Assembly (NCBI RefSeq): GCF_009914755.1
Contig: NC_060939.1
Strand: one strand, 5' to 3'
Length of the DNA stretch: 64,000 nucleotides
Source of the DNA: the human T2T-CHM13v2.0 reference genome, Homo sapiens
The notes beneath the pieces were generated by a model. It did not search any database and was not told the DNA's origin. It worked only from the letters and a program-made list of their open reading frames with translations. Below, piece after piece: positions 14,151 through 28,100 of the stretch (position 1 is the first letter of the stretch; every line of letters begins with the position of its first letter). A program made the translations under genes and the position numbers.

Positions 14151-16404
14151 TAGTCAATTATAAATAAAGATACATGTAAACGAGATCAGATATCCATAAA
14201 GATTACTTAACTTTAGAGATACTGTCATCCTGTGAATTCTAATGTTAAAATTTCTGAGTTGGAAAACAGGTTTTTAGAAATGTATGGAGGGAACACTCCA
14301 CAGACATATGCAAAGAAAATGTCATGCTCAATCACAAACTAGACTGTGATGCGCCATTCATACAAATGTGGTTGCATGAGCCCGTAAGGAATGGATCAGC
14401 AATGCATGTGCCAAAGTTGTATAAATCCATAAGACTGAGAAGAAACAAATTAAAACGGAGTTGTGGAATAAACATGCCTTCTTACAGGGAAATTCACTAT
14501 AAAGAAATTTGCAATAATGGAATTAGAATGGCAGAAGAGTGAATTTAGTTTCTATATCAAGACTCAAGTGACAGAAGAATAACAATTGAACAACTGATGA
14601 AGTGTGTTCATTTCCCTCCTCATCATCTTTTAGCAGTTTCCTGTCAATACAAGATAACTCTTTCTTCCAAATCTTGGAATTTTTATTGTGTTCCTGACTG
14701 TCTAGAGTTCATTTCTCTGGCCTATGTCACTGATTATGTTGCTAAAGATATTTTTTTTCCCTTATACTGACCCTTCAAAACCATCCTGAATGCCATTTTT
14801 TAAGCCCCTCCTCTTAGCCAGCTACACCATTAGAGAGCCATTTTATAAACTGACATTATTAATGGTTAATAGCTCAATGTGTAAACTTTCTCAGAAATAT
14901 TTACTCTTTAGTTATGTGCCCCTGAAAATATGATGCTTAATGTAGAGCAACTAGTTTCCAGTGGTACAATTCAAGGGCTGCAGCCAGCAAGAGTCTGGAT
15001 AAGAAAGACATTTCAGAGAACAAAAACTTCCTTATGCCTCTTGATTCCCACATCACAGGTTTTCAATTACATTCTTGATCTTTAAATCCAGTTTAACAAA
15101 ACTAATAACACTGCGTTTGTTATGATAGTTCATTTAAAAATAAACCTCATCTGTTTTACTGTAAAATCTGTTACAGGCAATTGGATAGCTTAGGTTTTTT
15201 GTCTGAAGCTGCCCAGTTATTCTTTTCCGCATGTGGGCTGAACCTATTTGGGAAAAAAACTAAACTAGAGATATAGTTAGTATAGCTACAGCTAATCAAC
15301 TCCTTTGAATGCTCCTTCCCCCAAAAATATATTTCCCTGGTCAGTGCCATCTGTATGTGTGTGAGTGGGGAAATATATGTCTAAAAACTGGTTTTTTTTT
15401 AAATGACAGTTTAATTCAATCAAAATTTTAAGTCAGATATAATCCCATGACCTAGAAAAAGTATATCAAAAACCAATTTCCTTTAGGGTTTATATGTATT
15501 TGTTTCCAAAATATTAACTAAGAATATGGATACTTACATATAAAATAAATAATACGGTCATTTAAAATTTTAACCAATTAGAGCTTGCCAATTTCTACAG
15601 AAAGTGTGACAACTACATATATTGCATATCATAGAGGCTAAGGTTTTGTGAGAGAAGAAATTATAAAAACTAAAAAAGTTTTATTAGGCACAAAATTAGT
15701 ATCATAATGATAAAGTATTTTTTCTTCTGTAAAGTGTTGAATAGTATATATTTTTAAGCAACATTCAAAATTACAGAGAAGTCTATGCATTGCTGACAGA
15801 CATATATGTATATATGTTTGCTTAAATCTATATGTATATATAGATTATAACATCAACAATGAGATTAAATTCTGAAATCTCAACTTTACTAAAATTTTAG
15901 TATTTATATTTTTTTCTAAATCTTCTTAGAATTCCTCTTCAATTCACCTTTAAATGTACTGACTACACATTCATTGACCTTGATAATTTCAGTAAACATG
16001 AAGTGAAACACAGCACAAGCCAAACTGAACTCTAATTTTTATGTACGTCTCAAATCATGAAACATGTCTTCTAAATTTGAAGCCTTTATTGGGGATTAAT
16101 ACTCCTAAATTTTATTTAGAATCACTTGTTAAGTAAGTTTTAAAAGTAATACTTATATAGCAATCAAGAGCGGTCAAGTAAATCTTTTACCTAGGAGGAA
16201 AAAACTAAGACCCACTTTGTAATCTCTTAGGAATTATTTTACATGCGGTTCTTCCAGTAAGTCCAGGATCCAGGATGCTCTCAGAATTTGAGAGACTGTG
16301 TTTAATAACTAGTGAAAAAATGCTATTTGAGAAACTTTCTCTCAATATGATATCTTATATCACTACTTGACATAGATTCAAAATTTGATTCAATACCAAC
16401 CAGA

Positions 16405-16709
16405 TTTTTTTTTTTTGAGATAGAGTCTTGCTCTGTTGCCCAGGCTGGAGTGCAATGGCATGGTCTTGGCTCACTGCAGCCTCTGCCTTCTAGGTTCAAG
16501 CAATTCTCCTGCCTCAGCTTCCTGAGTATCTGGCACTACAGGTGCATGCTACCATGCCCAGCTAATTTTTGTATTTTTAGTACAAATATTACTGGACTGG
16601 GGTTTCACTGTGTTGGCCAGGATGGTCTCGAACTCCTGACCTCAAGTTATCTGCCTGCCTTGGCTTCCCACTGTTCTGGGATTACAGGTGTGAGCCACTG
16701 CACCCGGCC
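16405..16709 (-). mobile_element. AluS (Sx/Sz-like), TSD ccaaccaga
   Basis: Full dimer with poly-T head; ~12-nt non-Alu insert caaatattactg near 16583. Confidence 0.95.
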
Positions 16710-16994
16710 CCAACCAGAATTTTAAACGCCAGTTACCTTACTATTTCATATTTGTGAAAATTAAAATGAACCCTTGTTAACATCTATTTCTATACTTGCT
16801 ATGGGAAAAAATGTTTGGTAAACAAATTAATAAGTAAAAAGCTGCCAGAGAAACTGGATGTTATTTTCTGGTTCTTCATAAAAAGATCTATGCAGATTTT
16901 TTAATGCAGTTACAAGTTATTATTGTTTATTTAACTTAAGCAACTAAAGAAAGCTCTTTTGGATGCAGTCTTTAGGAAATATAATGAAGATACC

Positions 16995-17205
16995 TTAGTT
17001 TGGGTTCAAATCTGAGATTTGAGAGAAATCCTATTATTTCTGGGCAAATGAGTCAGTCTCTCTGAATCTTGGTTTCTTTATTGGGTGACTGAGATAGTAT
17101 CTAATCTATGTGCTTACAAGATTATTAAAATAATGAATACTGTATATGTGAATCACAGCACAGGGTGCAGGATAATATAAGCACTCAGCAAACGTTAGCT
17201 GTTAT
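16995..17205 (+). mobile_element. MIR SINE
   Basis: tgggttcaaatc...tgggcaaatg...ctctctgaatcttggtttc...gcactcagcaaacgttagct. Confidence 0.7.
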
Positions 17206-17554
17206 ATGCCTTGCTTACTATGGTATAAACAAAAAGATGATAAAACTAAATTTCTTTGAATATTTTACATATTTCAAAGTCAGGAATTTATCACTTTAAA
17301 TTTTTATCACTTTAAAAGGTTTTCCTTCCATAGGGCCCAAATTCACAAAATTACTCTAGTTAAAAATTGTACTGCTAATATAATAATCACTTTTCTCCTT
17401 TCTCTTACCACTGTGGAAATGTAATTTTTATAAATAATCTTAGGTAATCATCCTAAAATATTGCATTGAGGTCAACAAAAAGTGGTAGTAGCATGTTTGG
17501 TTCCCATTTTATATTCTCTGTAATAACAACTGTATTTTTCTTTTTTTAAAATTT

Positions 17555-17925
17555 GAATATGTTCTGTTTAATCTAATACGTCATTTCAACACATAATCAG
17601 TATAAAAATATATACATATTTTCATTATTATTATTTTTTATTTTAAGATGGGATTTCACCATGTTACCCAGGCTGGTCTCAAATGCCTGAGCTCAAGCCA
17701 TTTGCTCACCTCCGCCTCCCAAAGTGTTGAGATTACAGGCATGCGCCACCGTGCCTGGCCCAGTATAAAAATATTAATGAGATATTTTACATTCTTTCTT
17801 TTTGTACAGGTCCTTCAAAATCCAATGCATGTTTTTCCTTTACAACACACCTTAATTCCAACTATTCACATTGCAAGGGTTCAGTAGCCACATGTGGCAC
17901 ATGGCTCTTATGCAGGACAGTTCAG
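17555..17925. mobile_element. MER33 hAT-Charlie element interrupted by an Alu monomer
   Basis: tcatttcaaca...attaatgagatattttacattc...tagccacatgtggc...ggacag. Confidence 0.75.
17612..17760 (-). mobile_element. FLAM_C / free left Alu monomer, TSD cagtataaaaatat
   Basis: Single monomer; 14-bp TSD at 17598-17611 and 17761-17774. Confidence 0.88.
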
Positions 17926-17979
17926 TGTAGACCATGTAACCGTCAGGGACCATGTGTTACTCTGCTCATGACAACCATA

Positions 17980-18330
17980 TTTTTCTGCTCATACATTCCG
18001 AGGTAATTGTATCTAGACTCATGACTTCAATTATGACCCACGTGCTGTTTAATCTGAAATCTGAAATTTCATGTCTCTTCCTTTTCTTGAGCTCTTGTTA
18101 CATGTATCTAATGGTCACTAGATAGCTCTCCTGATGACCTCCAGGAAATTCAATTTCAGCACGTTCCCAATTGAATTCAGGATCTTCCCCCTCAATCCTG
18201 CTCTTACCTTATACATTTTACATAAGAGTTCTGATATTACTCAGTTGACCAAAGTGGAAGCCTTGCATTCCTCCATCTCTTCTAGCTCCCATTTTTAATC
18301 ACCAAGTCCTACTATTCTATCACTTGAAAT
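17980..18330 (+). mobile_element. L2 fragment
   Basis: catgacttcaattatgaccc...ctccaggaaattcaatttcagcacgttcccaattgaattc. Confidence 0.6.
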
Positions 18331-18783
18331 GTGATAGAACATTTTAATATTCTCTTAAACTGAATCCTCAAATCTCCTAGGAAGTTTATATGGCTGGGGA
18401 GGCAGTGTGGTGTAATAGAAAAGATGTGTCAGACAGGCGTAGGTTTGAAACTCTGCTTTACCTCTAATTAATGTACAACATAGATGGGGCATACTTTTAT
18501 AAAAGAAATACAGAGTGAATGATTTATTGAAGGTTATATAGTTAGCATTTTATCATCAGAAATACAGACTAAATAAATTGCACTGGAATCCCTGAAATAT
18601 ACCATGGATTTCCAGAAGTTTCATAGGGGGCAGGGCACTTGTTAGGTCTCTCTTGTGCATTTTCTTCTCTTTTCCCCCTTTCCAGTTTAATTCCAGAAAC
18701 ACATCATTTATAAAGTAAAGGAAAAAACACTAATATCATCCTAGGTAAAAATCCTGGTAATAATAAGAGCCAATATTTATTGA

Positions 18784-19265
<482 letters not shown>

Positions 19266-19399
19266 ATAATATATTCTTAAAGCACTCTCTGCAGGCCTTC
19301 AGTCTCACCATGTTCCATTAGCCAATTCCAGGGATTTTAGTGAGGTGGGATGGAAAACAGGTACCTTGCCCCTAAACAGCAGTATGATTTAAAGTGTAG

Positions 19400-19530
19400 T
19401 TGGGGGATCACCTGTATTAGGATCACCTACTTTACTTGTTTTAAAGCATATTCTCTAGGCCTCAACCCTCACCTATTGAGTCAAAATCTCTGCTGTTAAT
19501 TGGCGTCTCAGGTGATTTGTATGCATGCAA
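19400..19530. mobile_element. MER5-like fragment
   Basis: atcacct...acctattgagtcaaaatctctg...caggtgatt. Confidence 0.55.
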
Positions 19531-20844
19531 TGTGACAGGCACCTCAAGTCTGGTGATATTCCTGTTCACCTGTGTGTCAGGCATTCTGCTAGGTGGTGAA
19601 TACACAGTGTTAACAAAGCGGCCATGGTATCCCTAATGTATAGCGCTTATATTTGTTATGAATTCATCTAGCATGAAAATCAAGGTCAATCTGTATTTAT
19701 ACACAGCTTTCATTTTAAGAATATCTACTTCATGATGAATACTGTGTGCAGAAAAATGCATAAAACCCCAGCATTTTTCAAACAAATTGTATGTTTTCTT
19801 AAGTAATAAAATTGTAGTAAGGCAATGTTAAAAATAATGGGCATGATACCATACGGGTGCTCAATTGCACTACTCTGAAAAAGATAAGACAAATACTCTT
19901 TACTGAATTTCTGGGTAGGTCCATCGTCAGTTATAAAAAAGTTTTTGGATTTAGATAAAAGTCTTTAAAGAAATATTTTTAACAATTTTTAATCTAATGT
20001 CCTATATTTCTAAACAGACATATTTTTAAATGGCAGCACTTAAATAAGTGATTTTGGTGTTTTAAACATCAAATGTATGCTATTTTCTTGCTTAAAGTGG
20101 AGAAAACAAAACGTGCTCCACTTTGGGTATGGTCAATAGAAGAAATTTTTCAGTTTGTCTCAAGTAGCTTATCTTATCACTATTGGGTATTATTGAACCA
20201 TGGCTTTTTTCTTTTTTTTCTTTTTGTACCCAGAAATATGCTCCTCTTAATTTTTCACTCTAGAGCTCCAAATGTGTTGGAAATTACTACAGAATGGGAA
20301 CTATGTTGTTTAGGGGAGTATCAGAAACACTCTAGAAGAGCTTTCTATTGACATAAATAAGAACTAGCTCAACATGCTGTTACATGCTTTAATGTGACCG
20401 CATATTGGTGCCACTTCTGCCATTCACTAACTTATAAGACATTCTAAAATGTTAAAAGTAAGTCTAGACTCTGTATTATAATTTTGTTAAACACATTTGA
20501 TTGAGATTTTTTTCAGTTTTTTTCCAGATATGCTATATTTCAGAATTAATTCTTTAGAATTTCATTTTTTACCCTATTTCCCTCTGAGACTTGAATTATT
20601 ACCCCAGTTCCCAAAATGTGTTTGATGATCATAATAGAATGCTTTGTGAAAGAAGTACAAAGTGCAGAGTTCTATTTAGAAGTTGAAAGAAATAATGGAA
20701 AGGGAAAGCAGCTGGACAGTGTCTTATATGACAAGTCATTTCTGCCAATTAAAATTTCTTGACAGGGTTAAGGAAGGTTAATGTAAAATGTAATGCTATG
20801 TGGGTAACATACTTGAAGTAAAATTTCTCAACCATTATATTTCC

Positions 20845-21200
20845 ATTTATTCAATAAATTCAGCATTTCTACTATATGCAAGCATTCAACTGGATATATA
20901 TAAAAATAAGACTATTCAAGAATTACTTTTTTTCCTTTGCCTTTCTCTTCTCAAGGAATAAATGTTTGAGAAGGAGAGATAACTAACATAGTAACTACAA
21001 AATAAGGCAGGATAAGTGTTCTTTCTAAAAAGAGTCAGAGATACTTTATTTTGTGAATTTCTGAAAAGAAAAAAGGGGAAAGGATCAGGGAAGGAACTTG
21101 AGTCTCACTTTGAAAGATGAACAGGGTATTGACAGGTGATGGGAAGTCACAAATAAACAAAAGATACAGAGTTGTGAGAATCAGTGGCAGTCCAACTTTG
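20845..21200 (-). mobile_element. L2 3' fragment
   Basis: catttattcaataaa...ctactatatgcaagca...atcagggaagg. Confidence 0.55.
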
Positions 21201-24120
21201 TTGATGAAAAATAAGACCAGAAAAAGACAGGCAACTGTTTTTACTGTGTTAAGTGCATTACAATTCAATCCAATTTAATTTTTAAAAAGATACCTTCATA
21301 TTATAGAGAAGGGAACTTAGAATTGAAAAAGTTAGTCACTTTGCTCAAAATCACAGAGCTAGTGAGTGGATGAATCTAGATTTAAAGCCATGTCTCAAAG
21401 CCAGTATCATTTTTACTACTACACCACCATGCCTGTCAAAATAGGAAGACTCCATAATTTACATCAAGACGTTTGGGTTTCATTTCATGAACAGTAGAGA
21501 ACTACTAAAACTTTTAACAGTGTTTTTTCTTTGGGAAAGCAGGAAGCAGTTTATTGGATTCATTGGAATCAGGAGAAAGTAGGCAAAGAGAGAAGAGTTC
21601 GTTTAATACTATAATATTCCAAATGCGGTAACAACGGTGTTAGTAATAGAAATGGAAAAAAATCAAATCAGCGTGTAAACTACCCTGTAGGTGGAATCCA
21701 TAGAAAGTGGTAATTAGATATGGGTTATGAGAGATAACTTTTTTAAAAAGCATTCAAATTTCAAAGCTGAATGGTTTGGAAAATTATGATGCCATTAACT
21801 AAAACAGGAAAATCAAGAGGACTGAACTTTTCAGTAAAATATAAATACTTGAGTCACTTTTTCTTAAAAATCTATAACATTTTATAAGTAACTACATTAT
21901 CAAATTCCTTAGAGAACAGAAACTTTTCTACTTCCATTTCTCAAGAGGAAAGAAAACTTGAGTACAGACTTGAAAAATGAGTCTATAAAATGAGTATGAT
22001 CTTAGAGCAGAATCTTTGAAGTGGTCCCAGGTCCCAGTGACAATAGATTTCCAATGTCTATTACTTCAGTATTTAGAAAATAGATGACAAGTTTTGAGGC
22101 TTTATTTAGTATATTTAAAATTAAAAGAATTGATTAATACATTATATTAGAGAATAGGAATTTTTATAGTCATCAGTTAAATGGTATACTTTTGGAAAGC
22201 GTTCATAATGATATAAAAAACAATTAAATGAATCTAATCATTTTTGTGCTAATTTTAGCACAAGTTAAACATTTAATTAATGTTAGAAAAATTAAGCCTT
22301 TACTGATGTTATTTATCTTTCGTTAGGCATCACTTTCTTGATTGATAATATTTTTTCCCCAAAAGCACAATATTCACTTTATAGCAAGATTGTTGTTGGG
22401 GAGATCAAATGACATAAAACATGTAAAAATTCTCTGAAAACTTAGTGAAAGGTGCTGAGGTAGGGCTTCAGCTTGATAAGATGGACAAGTGAAGGTATTT
22501 ATAATCACTAACATAAATTATTGATATGAGTAGGATCTTAGAGCAGGAATTTTGAAGTGGTCCTCAAGTACCAATGACAATAGATTTTGAATGTATATTT
22601 ATTCATTTATACTGAATTAATATACTCTGGAGAAAAAGAACCCCCCCACGTGCCAAATAGTACATTTAAATAGTCATAATCCACAAATAAGCTATTACTT
22701 GGCTTTGAGTCATCTTTAAAGGTCACTTAAACTCATAAACATGCACGTCCAGCATAGTTAACTTGTGTTTCTAATTAATTCTCATTTAAAGGTTTTGGTT
22801 TTATTTGGATTATTTTTCATCCAAGATTTTCCTGTTCCCTCTTTACCAATTTAAGATTCAACACACTTTTGCATTTTAAGATAATACTCACTAGAAGAAA
22901 CTCTTTAAGAACAGGATGACTAAAAATTGCTTTTTACCATTGCCAAGCTCTTGTCTTTATAGAAATCAGAGGGAACTTTATGTTCCCATATTTTCTGACT
23001 TTCATACAAATGGGAATCTAATACTTCAGAAAACAAAACTCAAAATCAACTTCATAATAATGTTTCCTAAAAGCAATAGGATTAGTTACAGTTGTGGATA
23101 TTTCTGAAGTTCCTAAAATCCTGTCTTTTAGAAATTTATTCTATAAATTCAATTTATAAACAAAAAATAAGTCTTGCAGATGAATTCAAAGTATTTCCCC
23201 CCTGCACCAGTATTTTGTCTATTTTTTCTAGACTGACCAACATCTACTACTCTATTTAGTAATTATTTTTTACGAGACTAGTTGATAAAAATGACCACTG
23301 CTTATAAAAATATTGATCTGCTATCCAGAACAATAAAGCAATTCGTTTGATTGTCCTTCATTTCTATTAAAAAACACACAAAATCTACTGTCATATAACT
23401 AATACTCAACTAATATATCTTCCTTCTCTAGTGATATAAATACAAACATTACTGAATATCTTCTGAGTTTCCCAGAAAGTTTCAAAATGCTTTGAATCTT
23501 TGTCCAGGAGAAAGAGTGTGCGTGTATGTTTCTCACACCACATTGTAATTGATGTGCAGATGTCAGCTGTCCTGGCCAGAGGAGGAGAGATTTGTACATT
23601 TGACTACTTTCAAACATGGAGGAGTAGGCTCCCAATAGGTTCTCTGCATTAGGTGCTTTCTAGGGGAGCAGCACACCATGTGATGCCTACAACAAATTCA
23701 AAAACTCTCTTAGAATCAGAACACCTGTAATTAGTATGTTTATTCCATGAATTTTCTGAACCTCCTAGTCCATGTGTTGTACATTTTTGCAGTGCTGTTT
23801 TCTTTCTTTTCTTTTTTTTGAGATATAAGAGTGAAAAGAGATTTTTTAAATGAACCTGCATTTCAGCATTGTGTTAAGTGCTTTTCTTTTCCCATCCTCT
23901 ATCTTTATCTTAATTATTTTAAAGTCCTCTTGTTTTATCTCTTCAATATTTTGCAAATATTGCTTTTATGTAAATTTATAGAGTTTGAGGAATAATTAAA
24001 ACTAGTATTTCTATAGTTCTCTACACTATTATTTTATGCTTTCAAAAATGACTGTACACATTTTCAGGGGCCAAAACCAGGCTATAGTTCATGACATAAG
24101 CTGTGCTTGAGACTTGTAGC

Positions 24121-24340
24121 TGGTGGTGTGCTGGAGATGGCTCATCCCGGCTCCTGTGTGCATCTCTTTCCAACTCCACATTCATCTCTTCCCAATACCA
24201 TGTTGGTATCTTGACATGGGCATAAAACTGGCCATGGTGGAGGTATTTACACAATGTAAATGGGCAAATGCCACACATTAGAGACATTTCTTTTCTTCTG
24301 GAGAGTCTGTTCTTAAATATTTTTATCCACCCACACACTG
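24121..24340. mobile_element. MER63A-like DNA transposon
   Basis: tggtgtgctggag...ggccatggtggaggtatttacac...cacactg. Confidence 0.7.
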
Positions 24341-26249
24341 TCTGTAGACGAAATTTCCACAGCTATCACTTTCTTCCCTTGACACCACACCTCACCACTG
24401 CCTAGTTTGTCTCTACCAACAACAAACTTTATGTTTTTGTTAGCACTGTGACAACCTGTGCAAGGAATGTCAAGCCAGAGCATCAGGTATCATGGAAGAG
24501 GCAAGCCCCAAGAGAGGAAGAAAAGTGATACTATTTTTCCTAGTACCTGCCAAAGTTACTTCTGAAGCCTTAAAAAAAAAGTCCAAAAAACTCAGTGCCC
24601 CTAGAAGTAGGTAAGCTGCACAATTACTTACATAGTACATAAGTACTGATCCACCCACAGATAACAATATGTTGAGACAAACATATAGCCATGCTTATGG
24701 AAGGTGAAGTTTGATTTTAGTGGAATGACATATAATTTACTTAAGTGTTTTAGTTGTGTAGTGGGTGTCCATATATGATCTCTGATTCCACTGCAAAGTC
24801 TGAATGCATGTGCTCAAATTAGCTCAAATTCTAAATCTGTGGTACCAGGATTCTTTTTGAAGGACTATGTTTTTACTACTTATATTTTGACATTTCTTCA
24901 CAGTTCAGGCGATCATTACCAAATATTCGAGGTGGGAGTACTGGCCAATCCCAAAAATGTTCTAGCAACAGCCAAGTCAGAAAACAAATATTTTAACCCA
25001 CACACATTGTATTCATTATAGTCTGAAAAAAATAGGACTCTTGATACCAGTCATGTATATAATAATTAAACAATCTAAAACCCCTCTGGCACTTATAAAA
25101 ACTGTGCAGCTTCTTTGTTTTGGCAATATGATTTTCTGTCCTTAGCAGAGACATATTAGAGGGCAAAGCTTTGTGTGTGAGGCAGATATCAAAGAAGAAC
25201 ATTGTTTGTTTGATTATGTTTTGTTTTGTCTTTTTCAGAATGCATTTGGTTTGTTTTTAATTTTTCTTTCTTAAAGGAATACTGTCCAAGCCAAATTCCA
25301 CTATGTCAAAGCTCAGTGTTGATAGCTGGCATCCATGTAGACCATAAAGAATGAGTGATATTCATCTTGTGGGGCCAGCCTTCCCCTGAAAATACTACCC
25401 TTCATCCCACCTCTGCCATTTTTCTTAGTCTATTTCCTTCTAGTATGTTTCTCCCTGACTTAAATATCTCTTCCATCCTGATGAACTTCTTCTTCCTATC
25501 TGTTGAAGTCCTCCTCGACTAGACTAGTGACAGATCTTTTCTCTTCCTTACTACTTTGCCACTTAGAGTCTTCCTTGTCATTTGGGCTAATTGCAGGTCT
25601 CATTATCTCAAAAGGCAATTAGTTCCTCAAAGATAGAGAGCTAACAATTTATTTTTTGTATTCCCTGTAAAAATCCATGCACAATGTTAGATACTGAGTA
25701 GGTATACAGTCAATAACTCTGCTTCATTTTATGCAGATTTGAAAAACATTAAATACATATTCCTTGGCCATCATCCAAACTATAAAAAGAGGAGTGGCTT
25801 ATCTGACATCATGTCTATTTTTCAATGCAGACTTTAGCTAATCTGAGAAACTGCATATTTCATGCTCTATACTTCTCCTACTTACTGCTAGATGTCTTGT
25901 CTATCTCTTTGAAAGAGCCACGTACTTCTGTTTAATTTAGGCATATGAAGTTAATCCCTGCAAATACTGGCTAGAATAAGTTGTACACTATGTATTCAGA
26001 TAGTGCAGGTACAATATGTACATTCTCAAAGCATCAAAAAGAATAAGAGCAATCCTTATTTTTTTGAGGAAAAATTTTTATACTCCATTAAAACTTAAAG
26101 AGATACCATGTGAAATTCAAGTTGAATTTTCTTATGCTAATTATGGTACTGATTTAATTTCAAATTAAACAACTGCAAGCTCTCTATCTACATATGGTTA
26201 CTAGGGTAACCTCATTTATCTAATACACATAGCTTTAAGACTGATTATT

Positions 26250-26485
26250 GCCCAGGGGCAGTGGCTCTGTAATCCTAGCACTTTGGGAGGCCGAAGCAGG
26301 CAGATTACTTGAGGTAAGGAGTTCGAGACCAGCCTGGCCAACATGGCAAAATCCCATCTCTACTAAAAATACAAAAATTAGTCAGAAATTGCTTGAACCT
26401 GGCAGGTGGCGGTTGCAGTGAGCTGAGATCGTGCCACTGTACTCCAGCCTGGGTGACAGAGTGAGACTCCATCTCAAAAAAAAAA
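26250..26485 (+). mobile_element. AluS with an internal deletion of the start of the right arm; followed by ~80 nt extra sequence inside the TSD
   Basis: Left arm, then aaaattagtcag|aaattgcttgaacc; A10 tail at 26476-26485. Confidence 0.92.
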
Positions 26486-27449
26486 TTGTATTTAAAGGCA
26501 GTATGAGAGCATGGTGAAAGGAGAAATGTGTGAGGATCTGGGATGACTTAGGAGGATCTGGGATGAAAAAAAGATTGATTATTGCTTTTTTGTACTTTAA
26601 TCATATATGAATACACTGAAAGTGGTCTCATTATTTAAAATATCTTGTAGAAAATAATTTCTAAACATGTATTTTGCAAGATAAATAGTAAGCTCCTAAC
26701 ATATATTTACTAAATTTAGAAATTTTCGGATGATATTTCTTAATCACAATGCTTTTTCCCCTTGTACTCACTAGAGAGCTGGCCTTAGTCCAGAAGTATT
26801 TTTAGTCCAGTCTCATAATTCTCTTTTCCAGCATGGGCAAATATAATTTCTAACATAATTTGTTAAAAAGTCTCTACTGATTCTATTTTAACTTTGTATC
26901 TTTCATTCATTGTGCATGATCCACTTTCGTTGGCACAGAACTGGAAAGTATAGAGTAGGGAGGTAAGGGTAGGCTACAGTAACTCTTACCAAGAAGAGGA
27001 AAGCTAACTCACTGTTGCTCACAGATTCTATGACTGCTCTTCCTTCCTCTTTCTCTCATTCAATTTATTTTACTTCCAATTAAGTTAAAATACAACTTTG
27101 AAAGATAAGATATGATATATCAGATTATGAAAGCAGCTTAGACTAGTGAAGACTTTGGCATGTATAGAAAGGATGACTGTATTCTGAAAGATTATTGATA
27201 AATTATAAACGATATTACATTCAAAATAAATAAATACATTTTATTCTCTAGGTCCTAAGGCACTTTATACATTCAATTTTGGCAGAATGGAACTGTGTCA
27301 TGATAAATATAGCATTATTGGATTCTCTAAATATCAACAATACTTTGAGGTCTTTAAAGAGTTTGTGTCTTAAATCACTCAAAATAGATTCAGGATCTAT
27401 ATGAACCATTTATGGAAATATAACCTGTTTGAAGAAACAAGTTCACTCT

Positions 27450-28100
27450 CTCCCAATCCTGACGATTCTTGCCCTGGAGTAGGCCTCCATCAGCTCCTGC
27501 TTAGATCAGTACTACAATCTCTTCACTGGTCTTGCCTCTTGCCAATTTATCTCCCACACTGCTGCTAGAAGTATTTTTCTAAACTTTTCAGTGGCTTACC
27601 ATCCTCTACAGAATAAAAATTCAAATTCGGCCAGGCACAGTGGCTCACACCTGTAATCCCAGCACTCTGGGAGGCTGAGGTGGGTGGATCACCTGAAATC
27701 AGGGGTTCAAGACCAGCCTGGCCAACATAGTGAAACCCCACTTCTACTAAAAATACAAAAATTACCTGGGTGTGGTGATGGGCGCCTGTAATCCCAGCTA
27801 CTTGGGAGGCCGCAGGAGAATCACTGGAACCCGGAAGGCAGAGGTTTCAGTGAGCTGAGATTGTGCCACTGCACTCCAGCCTAGGCGACACAGTGAGATT
27901 CCGTCTCAAAAAAAAAAAAAAAAATATCCAAACTCAACTAGCTGCATAAGTTCTTAATGGTCTAGCCCTGCCTATATTTCTTATTTCTTTTCCTGGAAGT
28001 TCGCTGTGTATAAGTTGCAAGCACACCAAGTTAACCCCCAAATGCCACAGTGTTTTATGCTTCTGTGCCTTTCTCACACAGTTCCTTCTGTCTGATTTTC
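27450..28100 (+). mobile_element. L2 fragment interrupted by an Alu
   Basis: ctcccacactgctgctagaagtatttttctaaa...tccaaactc...ttccttctgtctg. Confidence 0.6.
27629..27924 (+). mobile_element. AluSx-like
   Basis: Full dimer with A17 tail. Confidence 0.95.
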
